Of a stretch of DNA of 60,743 nt, positions 22,401-33,544 are shown piece after piece. Numbering within the stretch: position 1 is the stretch's first letter; each line of letters begins with the position of its first letter. Made by a program: the position numbers and the translations under genes. The notes beneath the pieces are model-generated. The model did no database searches and was not told the origin of the DNA. It worked only from the letters and a program-made list of their open reading frames with translations. Location of the stretch: the NCBI GenBank assembly GCA_002269645.1, contig NIVC01001576.1, forward strand, positions 1 through 60,743. The letters run 5' to 3'. The stretch comes from Macrostomum lignano. Lineage: Eukaryota.

Positions 22401-25400
22401 CTACCGGATTTTCTACTTCAAAACTACCCGATTTTCTACTCCAAAACTACCCTATTTTCTTCTCTAAAAATACCGGATTTTCTACTCCAAAACTACCGGA
22501 TTTTCTTCTCTAAAACTACCGGATTTTCTACTCCAAAACTACCGGATTTTCTTCTCTAAAACTACCGGATTTTCTACTCCAAAACTACCGGATTTTCTTC
22601 TCTAAAACTACCGGATTTTCTACTCCAAAACTACCGGATTTTCTACTCCAAAACTACCGGATTTTCTACTCCAAAACTACCCGATTGTCTACTCCAAAAC
22701 TACCCTATTTTCTTCTCTAAAACAACCGGATTTTCTACTCCAAAACTACCGGATTTTCTACTCCAAAACTACCGGATTTTCTACTCCAAAACTACCGGAT
22801 TTTCTTCTCTAAAACTACCGGATTTTCTACTCCAAAACTACCGGATTTTCTACTCCAAAACTACCGGATTTTCTACTCCAAAACTACCGGATTTTCTACT
22901 CCAAAACTACCGGATTTTCTACTCCAAAACGACCGGATTTTCTACTCCAAAACTACCGGATTTTCTACTCCAAAACTACCGGATTTTCTTCTCTAAAACT
23001 ACCGGATTTTCTACTCCAAAACTACCGGATTTTCCACTCCAAAACTACCGGATTTTCTACTCCAAAACTACCCTATTTTCTTCTCTAAAACAACCGGATT
23101 TTCTACTCTAAAACTACCGGATTTTCTACTCCAAAACTACCGGATTTTCTACTCCAAAACTACCGGATTTTCTACTCCAAAACTACCGGATTTTCTTCTC
23201 TAAAACTACCGGATTTTCTACTCCAAAACTACCGGATTTTCCACTCCAAAACTACCGGATTTTCTACTCCAAAACTACCCTATTTTCTTCTCTAAAACAA
23301 CCGGATTTTCTACTCCAAAACTACCGGATTTTCTACTCCAAAACTACCCGATTGTCTACTCCAAAACTACCCTATTTTCTTCTCTAAAACAACCGGATTT
23401 TCTACTCCAAAACTACCCGATTGTCTACTCCAAAACTACCGGATTTTCTTCTCTAAAACTACCGGATTTTCTACTCCAAAACTACCGGATTTTCTACTCC
23501 AAAACTACCGGATTTTCTACTCCAAAACTACCGGATTTTCTACTCCAAAACTACCGGATTTTCTACTCCAAAACTACCGGATTTTCTACTCCAAAACTAC
23601 CGGATTTTCTACTCCAAAACTACCGGATTTTCTTCTCTAAAACTACCGGATTTTCTACTCCAAAACTACCGGATTTTCCACTCCAAAACTACCGGATTTT
23701 CTACTCCAAAACTACCGGACTTTCTACTCCAAAACTACCGGATTTTCTACTCCAAGACTACCCGATTTTCTTTTCTAAAACTACCGGATTTTCTACTCCA
23801 AAACTACCGGATTTTCTACTCCAAAACTTCCGGATTTTCTACTCCAAAACTACCAGATTTTCTACTCCAAAACTACCCGATTTTCTTTTCTAAATCTACC
23901 GGATTTTCTACTGCAAAACTACCCGATTTTCTACCCTAAAACTACCCGATTTTCTGCTCCAAAACTACCGGATTTTCTACTCCAAAACTACCGGATTTTC
24001 TACTCCAAAACTACCGGATTTTCTACTCCAAAACTACCGGATTTTCTACTCCAAAACTACCGGATTTTCTACTCCAAAACTACCGGATTTTCTACTCCAA
24101 AACTACCGGATTTTCTTCTCTAAAACTACCGGATTTTCTACTCCAAAACTACCGGATTTTCCACTCCAAAACTACCGGATTTTCTACTCCAAAACTACCG
24201 GACTTTCTACTCCAAAACTACCGGATTTTCTACTCCAAGACTACCCGATTTTCTTTTCTAAAACTACCGGATTTTCTACTCCAAAACTACCGGATTTTCT
24301 ACTCCAAAACTTCCGGATTTTCTACTCCAAAACTACCAGATTTTCTACTCCAAAACTACCCGATTTTCTTTTCTAAATCTACCGGATTTTCTACTGCAAA
24401 ACTACCCGATTTTCTACCCTAAAACTACCCGATTTTCTGCTCCAAAACTACCCGATTTTCTACTCCAAAACTACCCGATTGTCTACCCTAAAACTACCCG
24501 ATTTTCTACTCCAAAACTACCCGATTTTCTACCCTAAAACTACCCGATTTTCTGCTCCAAAACTACCCGATTGTCTACTCCAAAACTACCCGATTTTCTG
24601 CTCCAAAACTAAATTTTGTTCCGGTAGCACCAAAAAGTCCCTGATACCTTTAAACTGTCTAAAGCTGGCACAAAAAATCTCAAATCAATGGCTCAAACAT
24701 TGCAGAAGATGAACTTCTTGGCGCTATTTGATTTGGTCACCCCGAAGCTTAGCAATGGTGAGTTTTTGTGTTTTGCGTATTTTCAATCAATTTTGGCAAC
24801 AGTAGTTTTCGGTTCAAAGTGGTCTCTGCGTGGATCAGCAAGACTTTTAGCGGCTCAGTGAAGCGATAAAGTGATAATTGATAAGAGAGAATCAGGAGAC
24901 AACAAGAGAGACACACAGGAGACAAGAGAGACACAAAGGAGGCAAGAGAGACACACAGGAGACAAGAGAGACACACAGGAGACAAGAGAGAGACACAGGA
25001 GGCAAGAGAGAGACACAGGAGACAAGAGAGACACACAGGAGACAAGAGAGACACACAGGAGACAAGAGAGAGACACAGGAGGCAAGAGAGACACACAGGA
25101 GACAAGAGAGACACAAAGGAGGCAAGATCGAGACACACAGGAGACAAGAGAGACACACAGGAGGCAAGAGAGACACACAGGAGACAAGAGAGACACACAG
25201 GAGGCAAGAGAGACACACAGGAGACAAGAGAGACACACAGGAGACAAGAGAGAGACACAGGAGGCAAGAGAGACACACAGGAGACAAGAGAGACACAAAG
25301 GAGGCAAGATCGAGACACACAGGAGACAAGAGAGACACACAGGAGGCAAGAGAGACACACAGGAGACAAGAGAGACACACAGGAGACAAGAGAGACACAC

Positions 25401-28400
25401 AGGAGGCAAGAGAGACACACAGGAGACAAGAGAGACACACAGGAGGCAAGATCGAGACACACAGGAGACAAGAGAGACACACAGGAGACAAGAGAGACAC
25501 ACAGGAGGCAAGATCGAGACACACAGGAGACAAGAGAGACACACAGGAGGCAAGATCGAGACACACAGGAGACAAGAGAGACACACAGGAGACAAGAGAG
25601 ACACACAGGAGGCAAGATCGAGACACACAGGAGACAAGAGAGACACACAGGAGACAAGAGAGACGCACAGGAGACAAGAGAGACGCACAGGAGGCAAGAG
25701 AGACACACAGGAGACAAGAGAGACGCACAGGAGACAAGAGAGACACACAGGAGGCAAGAGAGACACACAGGAGGCAAGAGAGACACACAGGAGACAAGAG
25801 AGACGCACAGGAGACAAGAGAGACACACAGGAGGCAAGAGAGACACACAGGAGACAAGAGAGACGCACAGGAGACAAGAGAGACACACAGGAGGCAAGAG
25901 AGACACACAGAAGGCAAGAGAGACACACAGGAGACAAGAGAGACGCACAGGAGACAAGAGAGACACACAGGAGGCAAGATCGAGACACACAGGAGACAAG
26001 AGAGACGCACAGGAGACAAGAGAGACACACAGGAGGCAAGAGAGACATACAGGAGTCAAGATCGAGACACACATGAGACAAGATCGAGACACACCCGCTC
26101 CCCTTCCCCAACCCAGACATCGTGGAGTCGAAGGCACCGCACCGGAAGCGCCGGCAGGAGCTGGTGAACACGGACTTCAACGTGCTGCTGGGCCATCCAA
26201 TTGATCCCAATGCTCCGACCGTCGGATGCAAGCGCTTCAGAACTGCTGCTGCGGCTTCTGCTGCTGCTGCGGCTGCTGCGGCTGCGACTGCGGCTGCGAC
26301 GACTGCCACCTCGTCGAAGGCTGCGGACACAGCGGCTACCAGCACTTCGTCAGCGTTGGGCATCCTCACCAGGTCGTCGCGGCGAACTCGTGGCCGCGAC
26401 TCCACCGCCTCGACATCCGCTTCGGCGACTAACGGCGTCGACAAGTCCCCAACGCATTGTTCAGAGCCGCAGCAAGAGGTGGGTGGCAGACTCAGGGTAG
26501 CTTTTGCGGCAGACTGTCGGTAGCTTTTGCGGCAGACTGTCGGTAGCTTTTGCGGCAGACTGTCGGTAGCTTTTGCGGCAGCTTGTCGGTAGCTTTTGCG
26601 GCAGACTGTCGGTAGCTTTTGCGGCAGACTGTCGGTAGCTTTTGTGGCAGACTGTCGGTAGCTTTTGCGGCAGCTTGTCGGTAGCTTTTGCGGCAGACTG
26701 TCGGTAGCTTTTGCGGCAGACTGTCGGTAGCTTTTGTGGCAGACTGTCGGTAGCTTTTGCGGCAGCTTGTCGGTAGCTTTTGCGGCAGACTGTCGGTAGC
26801 TTTTGCGGCAGCTTGTCGGTAGCTTTTGCGGCAGACTGTCGGTAGCTTTTGCGGCAGCTTGTCGGTAGCTTTTGCGGCAGACTGTCGGTAGCTTTTGCGG
26901 CAGACTGTCGGTAGCTTTTGCGGCAGCTTGTCGGTAGCTTTTGCGGCAGACTGTCGGTAGCTTTTGCGGCAGCTTGTCGGTAGCTTTTGCGGCAGCTTGT
27001 CGGTAGCTTTTGCGGCAGACTGTCGGTAGCTTTTGCGGCAGACTGTCGGTAGCTTTTGCGGCAGACTGTCGGTAGCTTTTGCGGCAGACTGTCGGTAGCT
27101 TTTGCGGCAGACTGTCGGTAGCTTTTGCGGCAGACTGTCGGTAGCTTTTGTGGCAGACTGTCGGTAGCTTTTGTGGCAGACTGTCGGTAGCTTTTGCGGC
27201 AGCTTGTCGGTAGCTTTTGCGGCAGACTGTCGGTAGCTTTTGCGGCAGCTTGTCGGTAGCTTTTGCGGCAGCTTGTCGGTAGCTTTTGCGGCAGCTTGTC
27301 GGTAGCTTTTGCGGCAGACTGTCGGTAGCTTTTGCGGCAGACTGTCGGTAGCTTTTGCGGCAGATGATAGATCGGTAGCTTTTGTGGCAGATAATAGATC
27401 GGTAGCTTTTGTGGTAGATAATAGATCGGTAGCTTTTGTGGTAGATAATAGATAGGTAGCTTTTGTGGTAGATGATAGATCGGTAGCTTTTGTGGCAGAT
27501 GATAGATCGGTAGCTTTTGTGGCAGATGATAGATAGGTATCTTTTGTGGCAGATGATAGATCGGTAGCTTTTGTGGTAGATAATAGATCGGTAGCTTTTG
27601 TGGCAGGGTAGCTTTTGTGGTAGATGATAGATCGGTAGCTTTTGTGGTAGATGATAGATCGGTAGCTTTTGTGGTAGATAATAGATAGGTAGCTTTTGTG
27701 ATAGATGATAGATCGGTAGCTTTTGTGGCAGATGATAGATCGGTAGCTTTTGTGGCAGATGATAGATAGGTATCTTTTGTGGCAGATGATAGATCGGTAG
27801 CTTTTGTGGTAGATAATAGATCGGTAGCTTTTGTGGCAGGGTAGCTTTTGTGGTAGATGATAGATCGGTAGCTTTTGTGGCAGATGATAGATCGGTAGCT
27901 TTTGTGGCAGATGATAGATAGGTATCTTTTGTGGCAGATGATAGATCGGTAGCTTTTGTGGTAGATAATAGATCGGTAGCTTTTGTGGCAGGGTAGCTTT
28001 TGTGGTAGATGATAGATCGGCAGCTTTTGTTGCAGATGATAGATCGGTAGCTTTTGTTGCAGATGATAGATCGGTAGCTTTTGTGGCAGATGATAGATCG
28101 GTAGCTTTTGTTGCAGATGATAGATCGGTAGCTTTTGTTGCAGATGATAGATCGGTGGCTTTTGTGGCAGATGATAGATCGGTAGCTTTTGTGCCAGATG
28201 ATAGATCGGTAGCTTTTGTTGCAGATGATAGATCGGTAGCTTTTGTGCCAGATGATAGATCGGTAGCTTTTGTGATAGATGATAGATCGGTGGCTTTTGT
28301 GGCAGATGATAGATCGGTAGCTTTTGTGATAGATGATAGATCGGTGGCTTTTGTGGCAGATGATAGATAGGTAGCTTTTGTGGCAGATGATAGATCGGTA

Positions 28401-29728
28401 GCTTTTGTGGCAGATGATAGATCGGTAGCTTTTGTGGCAGATGATAGATCGGTAGCTTTTGTGGCAGATGATAGATCGGTAGCTTTTGTGGTAGATGATA
28501 GATCGGTAGCTTTTGTGGTAGATGATAGATCGGTAGCTTTTGTGGTAGATGATAGATCGGTAGCTTTTGTGGCAGATTGCCGGTAGCTTTTGTGGTGGAT
28601 AGATGAGGCTAAGAATAAATAAACAACAGTCAGGTTTTTGTTTTTAGATGATAGTTTTGCAGCAATTTGCAGTTCACACTACATGTCTTGCACATGCCCC
28701 TCGAATCCTCTCACAAGGCTGGCAGCGCCTCAGACACCGACTGTCGATTCTGCTGTGCCGCCTGCCTGCGAGTCCTGCCGAAACCGCCGAATGCCACCGC
28801 CACTGCCGCCTCCTCCTCGGTGGGTCTCTGCCCCACCTGCAGCGGTCGGCGACAGTCCCGAGCTTCAGGCGCCATCGGTCTGCCACCGGCCGCGGCGGCG
28901 AAAGCAGCAGCATCAGCTGATGCGCCTGCGGCAGCGGAGCCCGCCACTGCGACGGAAGAAAGCTCTGCTTCAGCAATAGGTATTGAAATAGCTTTGCTCT
29001 GATTAGCTAAAAACTTAATGAATTATTTTTGACCGGTTAAGGGGTGTTTTGTCAACATCTGATTGGCTGCTGAGCTTTCCACGTGTGTCTAATTGGCTGA
29101 ATAGTGTTTTGCTAATCTTTGATTGGCTGAAGAGTGTTTTGCTAATCTTTGATTGGCTGAAGAGTGTTTTGCTAATCTCCGATTGGCTGAAGAGTGTTTT
29201 GCTGATTTCTGATTGGTTGGTGAATGTTTTGCTGGTTTCTGATTAGCAGGTGAGTGTTTTTCTGATTTCTGATTGGTTGGTGAATGTTTTGCTGGTTTCT
29301 GATTGGCAGGTGAGTGTTTTTCTGATTTCTGATTGGCTGGCACGCCGTTTTTCTGATTTCTGATTGGCTGGTAGTGTTTTGTTGATTTCTGATTGGCTAG
29401 TAGTGTTTTGCTGATTTCTGATTGGCTGATGAATGTTTTGCTGATTTCTGATTGTCTAGTGAATACTTTTCTGATTTTTGATTGGCTGCTGAGTGTTTTA
29501 ATATTAAAAATATGCAATTTTTTACCAGACGCGGCCAGCGCATCCCCATCGGACAGCGTTGCTGCAGCCGAGATGGAGAACAAATCCTTGATGCAGGAGG
29601 CTGAGCGGTGGGAACGGAGTCTGCTCAACCAGGAGCAGACGCGCCAGTTGCTGGTGGAGAAAAATTGCCGAGCAGAGAAGAAACTCGAAGGACTTTTGGC
29701 CCAGTTTAGCAAAGTAAACGGGATGTGA
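19459..29728 (+). CDS. PHF21A: PHD finger protein 21 (PHF21A/BHC80)-like, about 414 aa, 8 coding exons
   Basis: Exons 19459-19527, 21074-21172, 22039-22122, 22213-22329, 24706-24757, 26117-26478, 28718-28979 and 29529-29728; all GT..AG and phase-consistent. The N-terminus WQDQLNAAIRAHRNLV..SPHDQSLQAKV..AQKPLLEQYKK aligns by eye to the PHF21A N-terminal coiled coil (LQEALKVEIQVHQKLV..DPQNADLKKQL..KQKRVVEQLRK). KMNFLALFDLVTPKLSNDIVESKAPHRKRR aligns to [29 protein letters not shown]. There is a C-terminal coiled coil. Exon 7 boundaries are the least certain. Confidence 0.82.
19870..21007. repeat. ~33-41-bp minisatellite (AAATGGCGCCCCAATCTCCATTCTCCACACCTGAGATTCC) with an internal inverted block at about 20047-20219; PHF21 intron 1
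   Basis: Direct; orientation flips at two hairpin junctions. Confidence 0.92.
21290..21990 (+). repeat. 12-bp CTCTACTCT(T/C)CA repeat, PHF21 intron 2; degenerate at the 5' end and homogeneous at the 3' end
   Basis: Direct. Confidence 0.9.
22355..24610 (+). repeat. 23-bp minisatellite (AAAACTACCGGATTTTCTACTCC), about 98 copies, PHF21 intron 4
   Basis: Direct; diagnostic variants recur at a 483-bp (21-unit) offset. Confidence 0.95.
24890..26090 (+). repeat. 20/22-bp minisatellite (GGAGACAAGAGAGACACACA), PHF21 intron 5
   Basis: Direct; source of the 400-500 aa pseudo-ORFs. Confidence 0.95.
26495..28595 (+). repeat. Compound minisatellite: 23-bp GGTAGCTTTTGCGGCAGACTGTC switching near 27360 to 27-bp GGTAGCTTTTGTGGCAGATGATAGATC; PHF21 intron 6
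   Basis: Direct. Confidence 0.95.
29055..29495 (+). repeat. 30-bp minisatellite containing GATTGG (CCAAT) in most units, PHF21 intron 7
   Basis: Direct; e.g. GATTGGCTGAAGAGTGTTTTGCTAATCTTT. Confidence 0.85.
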
Positions 29729-29794
29729 CGTCAGGGACAAACGGATCGAGTTATACTTTTGATCGGGCCGTCTTTCAGCACAACTTGTTTGATT

Positions 29795-30450
29795 ACCCAA
29801 CCTGCCCCAACCTGCCCCAAACCTGCCCCAACCTGCCCCAAACCTGCCCCAACCTGCCCCAATCTGCCCCAATCTGCCCCAATCTGCCCCAACCTGCCCC
29901 AATCTGTCCCAACCTGCCCCAACCTGCCCCAAACCTGCCCCAACCTGCCCCAACCTGCCCCAAACCTGCCCCAACCTGCCCCAATCTGTCCCAACCTGCC
30001 CCAAACCTGCCCCAACCTGCCCCAACCTGCCCCAAACCTGCCCCAACCTGCCCCAAACCTGCCCCAACCTGCCCCAAACCTGCCCCAAACCTGCCCCAAC
30101 CTGCCCCAACCTGCCCTAATCTGCCCCAACCTGCCCCAACCTGCCCCAAACCTGCCCCAACCTGCCCCAAACCTGCCCCAACCTGCCCCAAACCTGCCCC
30201 AACCTGCCCCAAACCTGCCCCAACCTGCCCCAAACCTGCCCCAACCTGCCCCAACCTGCCCTAATCTGCCCCAACCTACCCTAACCTGCCCCAACCTGCC
30301 CTAATCTGCCCCAACCTACCCCAACCTGCCCCAACCTGCCCCAACCTGCCCTAATCTGCCCCAACCTACCCCAACCTGCCCCAACCTGCCCTAATCTGCC
30401 CCAACCTACCCCAATCTGCCCAAATCTGCCCCCCCAACCTGCCCCAATCT
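29795..30450 (+). repeat. 10/11-bp AACCTGCCCC(A) repeat just downstream of the PHF21 stop (3' UTR region)
   Basis: Direct. Confidence 0.92.
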
Positions 30451-30789
30451 GACCCAACTGACCCAGGCCAGATTAAAGGCTCGGGTGCTTCTCCGGACGC
30501 ACTCAAGAGACTGTATCGTCAGTACAGACCTTCGGTTTGGCGTTGTTTTCTAAAAGTACTTAAACAAGTAATTAAAGTTACACCAAAATTTTCTTCTTAC
30601 CCTTAAACCGCTGTTTAATATTTCTTCGCTACTATGTGCAGAAATAATCCAGTAAATAAAAATCTGCGCTTAAAATAACATTATTTATTTCAAATTTATG
30701 ATTGTTCATCAAATGCGTTGGTTGCTGGTATGTGTACTTTTGACTTGTTAGTAGTCCTTGGCATGAGGAAAATGCTTTTAGTGCCATAC

Positions 30790-31310
30790 TGGGGTGCTTG
30801 GGGCGCCACTCTGGGTGTTTGGGGCGCCAGTCTGGGTTTTTGGGGCGCCAGTCTGCGTGTTTCGGGGGCCACTCTGGGTGTTTGGGGCGCCAGTCTGGGT
30901 TTTTGGGGCGCCAGTCTTCGTGTTTGGGGGGCCAATCTGGGTGTTTGGGGCGCCAGTCTGGGTTTTGGGGGCGCCAATCTGGGTGTTTGGGGCGCTAATC
31001 TGGGTATTTGGGGCGCTAATCTGGGTATTTGGGGCGCCAATATGGATGTTTGGGGAGCCAATATGGGTGTTTGGGGCGCTAATCTGGGTGTTTGGGGCGC
31101 CAATATGGATGTTTGGGGAGCCAATATGGGTGTTTGGGGCGCTAATCTGGGTGTTTGGGGCGCTAATCTGGGTGTTTGGGGCGCTAATCTGGGTATTTGG
31201 GGCGCTAATCTGGGTATTTGGGGCGCCAATATGGATCTTTGGGGAGCCAATCTGGGTATTTGAGGCGCCAGTCTGGGTGCTTACGGCACCACTCTGTGTT
31301 TGGGGCGGCC
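30790..31310 (+). repeat. 21-bp minisatellite (GGGGCGC(C/T)AATCTGGGTGTTT)
   Basis: Direct. Confidence 0.9.
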
Positions 31311-33544
31311 ACTGGGTTGCAGAGGCGCCACCAGCAACCTCTTACGACTTCCATATACTAAAAATGGTCTGTCGGTAGGTATCTAAGGTATGTGATAGAT
31401 ATTAGCAAGATACATGTACTAACTTGGATTTCGGCCGTAACGAGAACGAGGCAAGAAGGCCACAGCCACGGAAGCTGATTCGCGAGAGAAAACTCACGAG
31501 ATATTATTTCACAGTTGGCTTAATCTTTCAAACAAAATGCATCATTAGTAGTACTTTCTAAGAAAAGTGGGAATAACTCGCAACATTCCAGGGAAATCGG
31601 ATGGGGAAGAAGGCAGGCAAATCCGAGCAACTTGTTGCATTGCGCTGTTTTCAATTTTTTTAAGCCTTGGGTAAAGCATCTGAACAATGCGCACTAGAGA
31701 TAGAGAATTAACTGGCAACTTTCCCATTCAGTTCGAACACACTAAAGTGTCTTATAATTGGGTCGCACCCTCTGTAGAGAGCGCCAATCGCACCAAGAGG
31801 AGAAAAATAAGATTTGCTTGGCAGTTTCCTAGAATGCTGTCTTTATAGTCGATCATCGCGAAAATCGGATGACTTTTTTATTTTTTTTCACGAGAATTAA
31901 GATATCCCAACCAGGGATTCCTGTGACATTAGGTAAGAGCCGCGCAAGTTAAAGTTATTTAAGTCTCTATCCCTCATTTCTGCTTGTCTTCTTTGTCGGG
32001 GCTTTGGGAAGTGCTGGGAAAGGAGAGGTCCGCGGAGAGCCGCGCACCTCCCCCCTCTCGATCTGGACTCCTCCTCCTCCGCAACCCGGAGACACACGAG
32101 CGCGATAGTCTCCCAGTAAGTAGTCAGGCTAGTATGTCTCCTCCAACCCGGACCCGCCCCATTCCCCAGGGCCACGCAGATAGCAAACGGAGGCCACAAG
32201 ATGCGAATTGGGGCGGAGGTGGGTGACGCTTAGGGAGAGAAAGGGACAGGCAGGCAGTTGGGCTGGAGAGAAAGGGGGAACGGTTTGGAATCTAGAGAGA
32301 GAGAAGGGGCTGCTTTGCTCTCTAGTTCAAGGGTTGGAGGGGGGGGAAGACATAGGAAAGGAAGGGGGTTTCATGTTGATAGATCTGCAGATCGGTACAA
32401 CCAGTGCTGACTTTCTTGTGCCTGGCCAGAAACGTTCAATGGCTAGTGGAGGGGGGAGGTTTGCCTCGTTCTGTTTCCGTCTCCCTCCCTTAGCACAGGC
32501 GTCCCAGCACCTGCCCCCATCCCAGCCAATGGAATAAGGGCCCACTTCGCTCTGATTTGTCCACGAGTCGTGCCGTGGGGCCGTGAAGGCATTTTTGAGT
32601 GAAAGAAAATGGCCTAATACATTACACGGGCGCCATACACGAGAGCTTGCTGGAGAGTTAATGCTAGAAACTCAGCGAGTGAGTAGCTCTTCCCCCCCCC
32701 ACTCTCTCACCCCACTATTAATAAGTTCTTCCCTCCTGCTCTTTACAAAGTGAGACCAAGCACGGAACGCCTCCCCTCCCCATTTCCTTATCGGTTGGGT
32801 GTGGAGCGGCCAAGTTTGTGGATATGTACATTTCCCTATTGGAAAGGGGGGTTGTGGGCAAGCGAGGGGTAGGCCGTGCAGATATAGGCAGGAATGCTAT
32901 TTACAAGCCTCAAATCTCTCCTGCGCGGAGTGGGAGGGGTGCTGTCGCTGTGGGGTTGATGATCGTAAAATGGCTGCCATCGCGCCGCCCCACCCCACCT
33001 CCCTTTCAGGGGGGCAGAGGTTGAACAGGAGGGTAGGAGGCCACGCGGTGGTCGCCAGTTTAGAGGTGGCAAAAGGAAAGGAAGGCCCCACAGTCACCCC
33101 CCTGTTCAACCTCCCCTGCCCTGCCCATGCGAATGGCATGGCCATTTTGTTCTAGAACTTCATAGCAAATTGAGTTTGCAATCCCGCATCTCGCTACTGT
33201 TTAGTAGGTCTGTATCGCAGCGTGTTTTACGGAAATTTACTATAGCGATGAAAATTTAATTGTAATTTGTATAGTGAATCGATGATATGTCACTTTGAAA
33301 TAAACCAGACTTTTTACTATTCGCAATGAAAATTTAGGCAGCGCGAGTTTCACAATTCTCAAGTACATGGATGTACATGTAATATATACACTGTCAGTAA
33401 ATCTCTAGGCTCCACAACGACTCTAAGATCACCCAGGTCATAACATCGAGTGAGCGAACTTAACCAAGCTAATTTATATGTAATATTACGAAATTATCAT
33501 TTACGTAAAACGAGAAAGCATAGCAATCAGTTTATAATCAGATA

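Noticed and set aside
24790-24870. Extra PHF21 exon after exon 5
   Set aside because: Candidate acceptors lead to in-frame stops, and direct joining of 24757 to 26117 rebuilds the conserved LVT...SK...RKRR motif.
24749-26167. Long ORFs of 378-462 aa on both strands, plus the repeat-derived part of the 529-aa ORF
   Set aside because: They are translations of the 20-bp intronic minisatellite. The same applies to the ORFs over the arrays at 2.6-3.0, 3.6-4.2, 5.1-5.5, 17.4-17.7, 19.9-21.0, 28.0-28.6, 29.8-31.3, 34.0-34.8, 37.9-38.5, 39.1-40.3, 43.4-44.3, 45.8-46.1 and 46.6-47.4 kb.
31800-33200. Cluster of 60-120 aa ORFs on both strands
   Set aside because: No domain signature, consistent splice pattern or coding-like composition; probably intergenic or regulatory.
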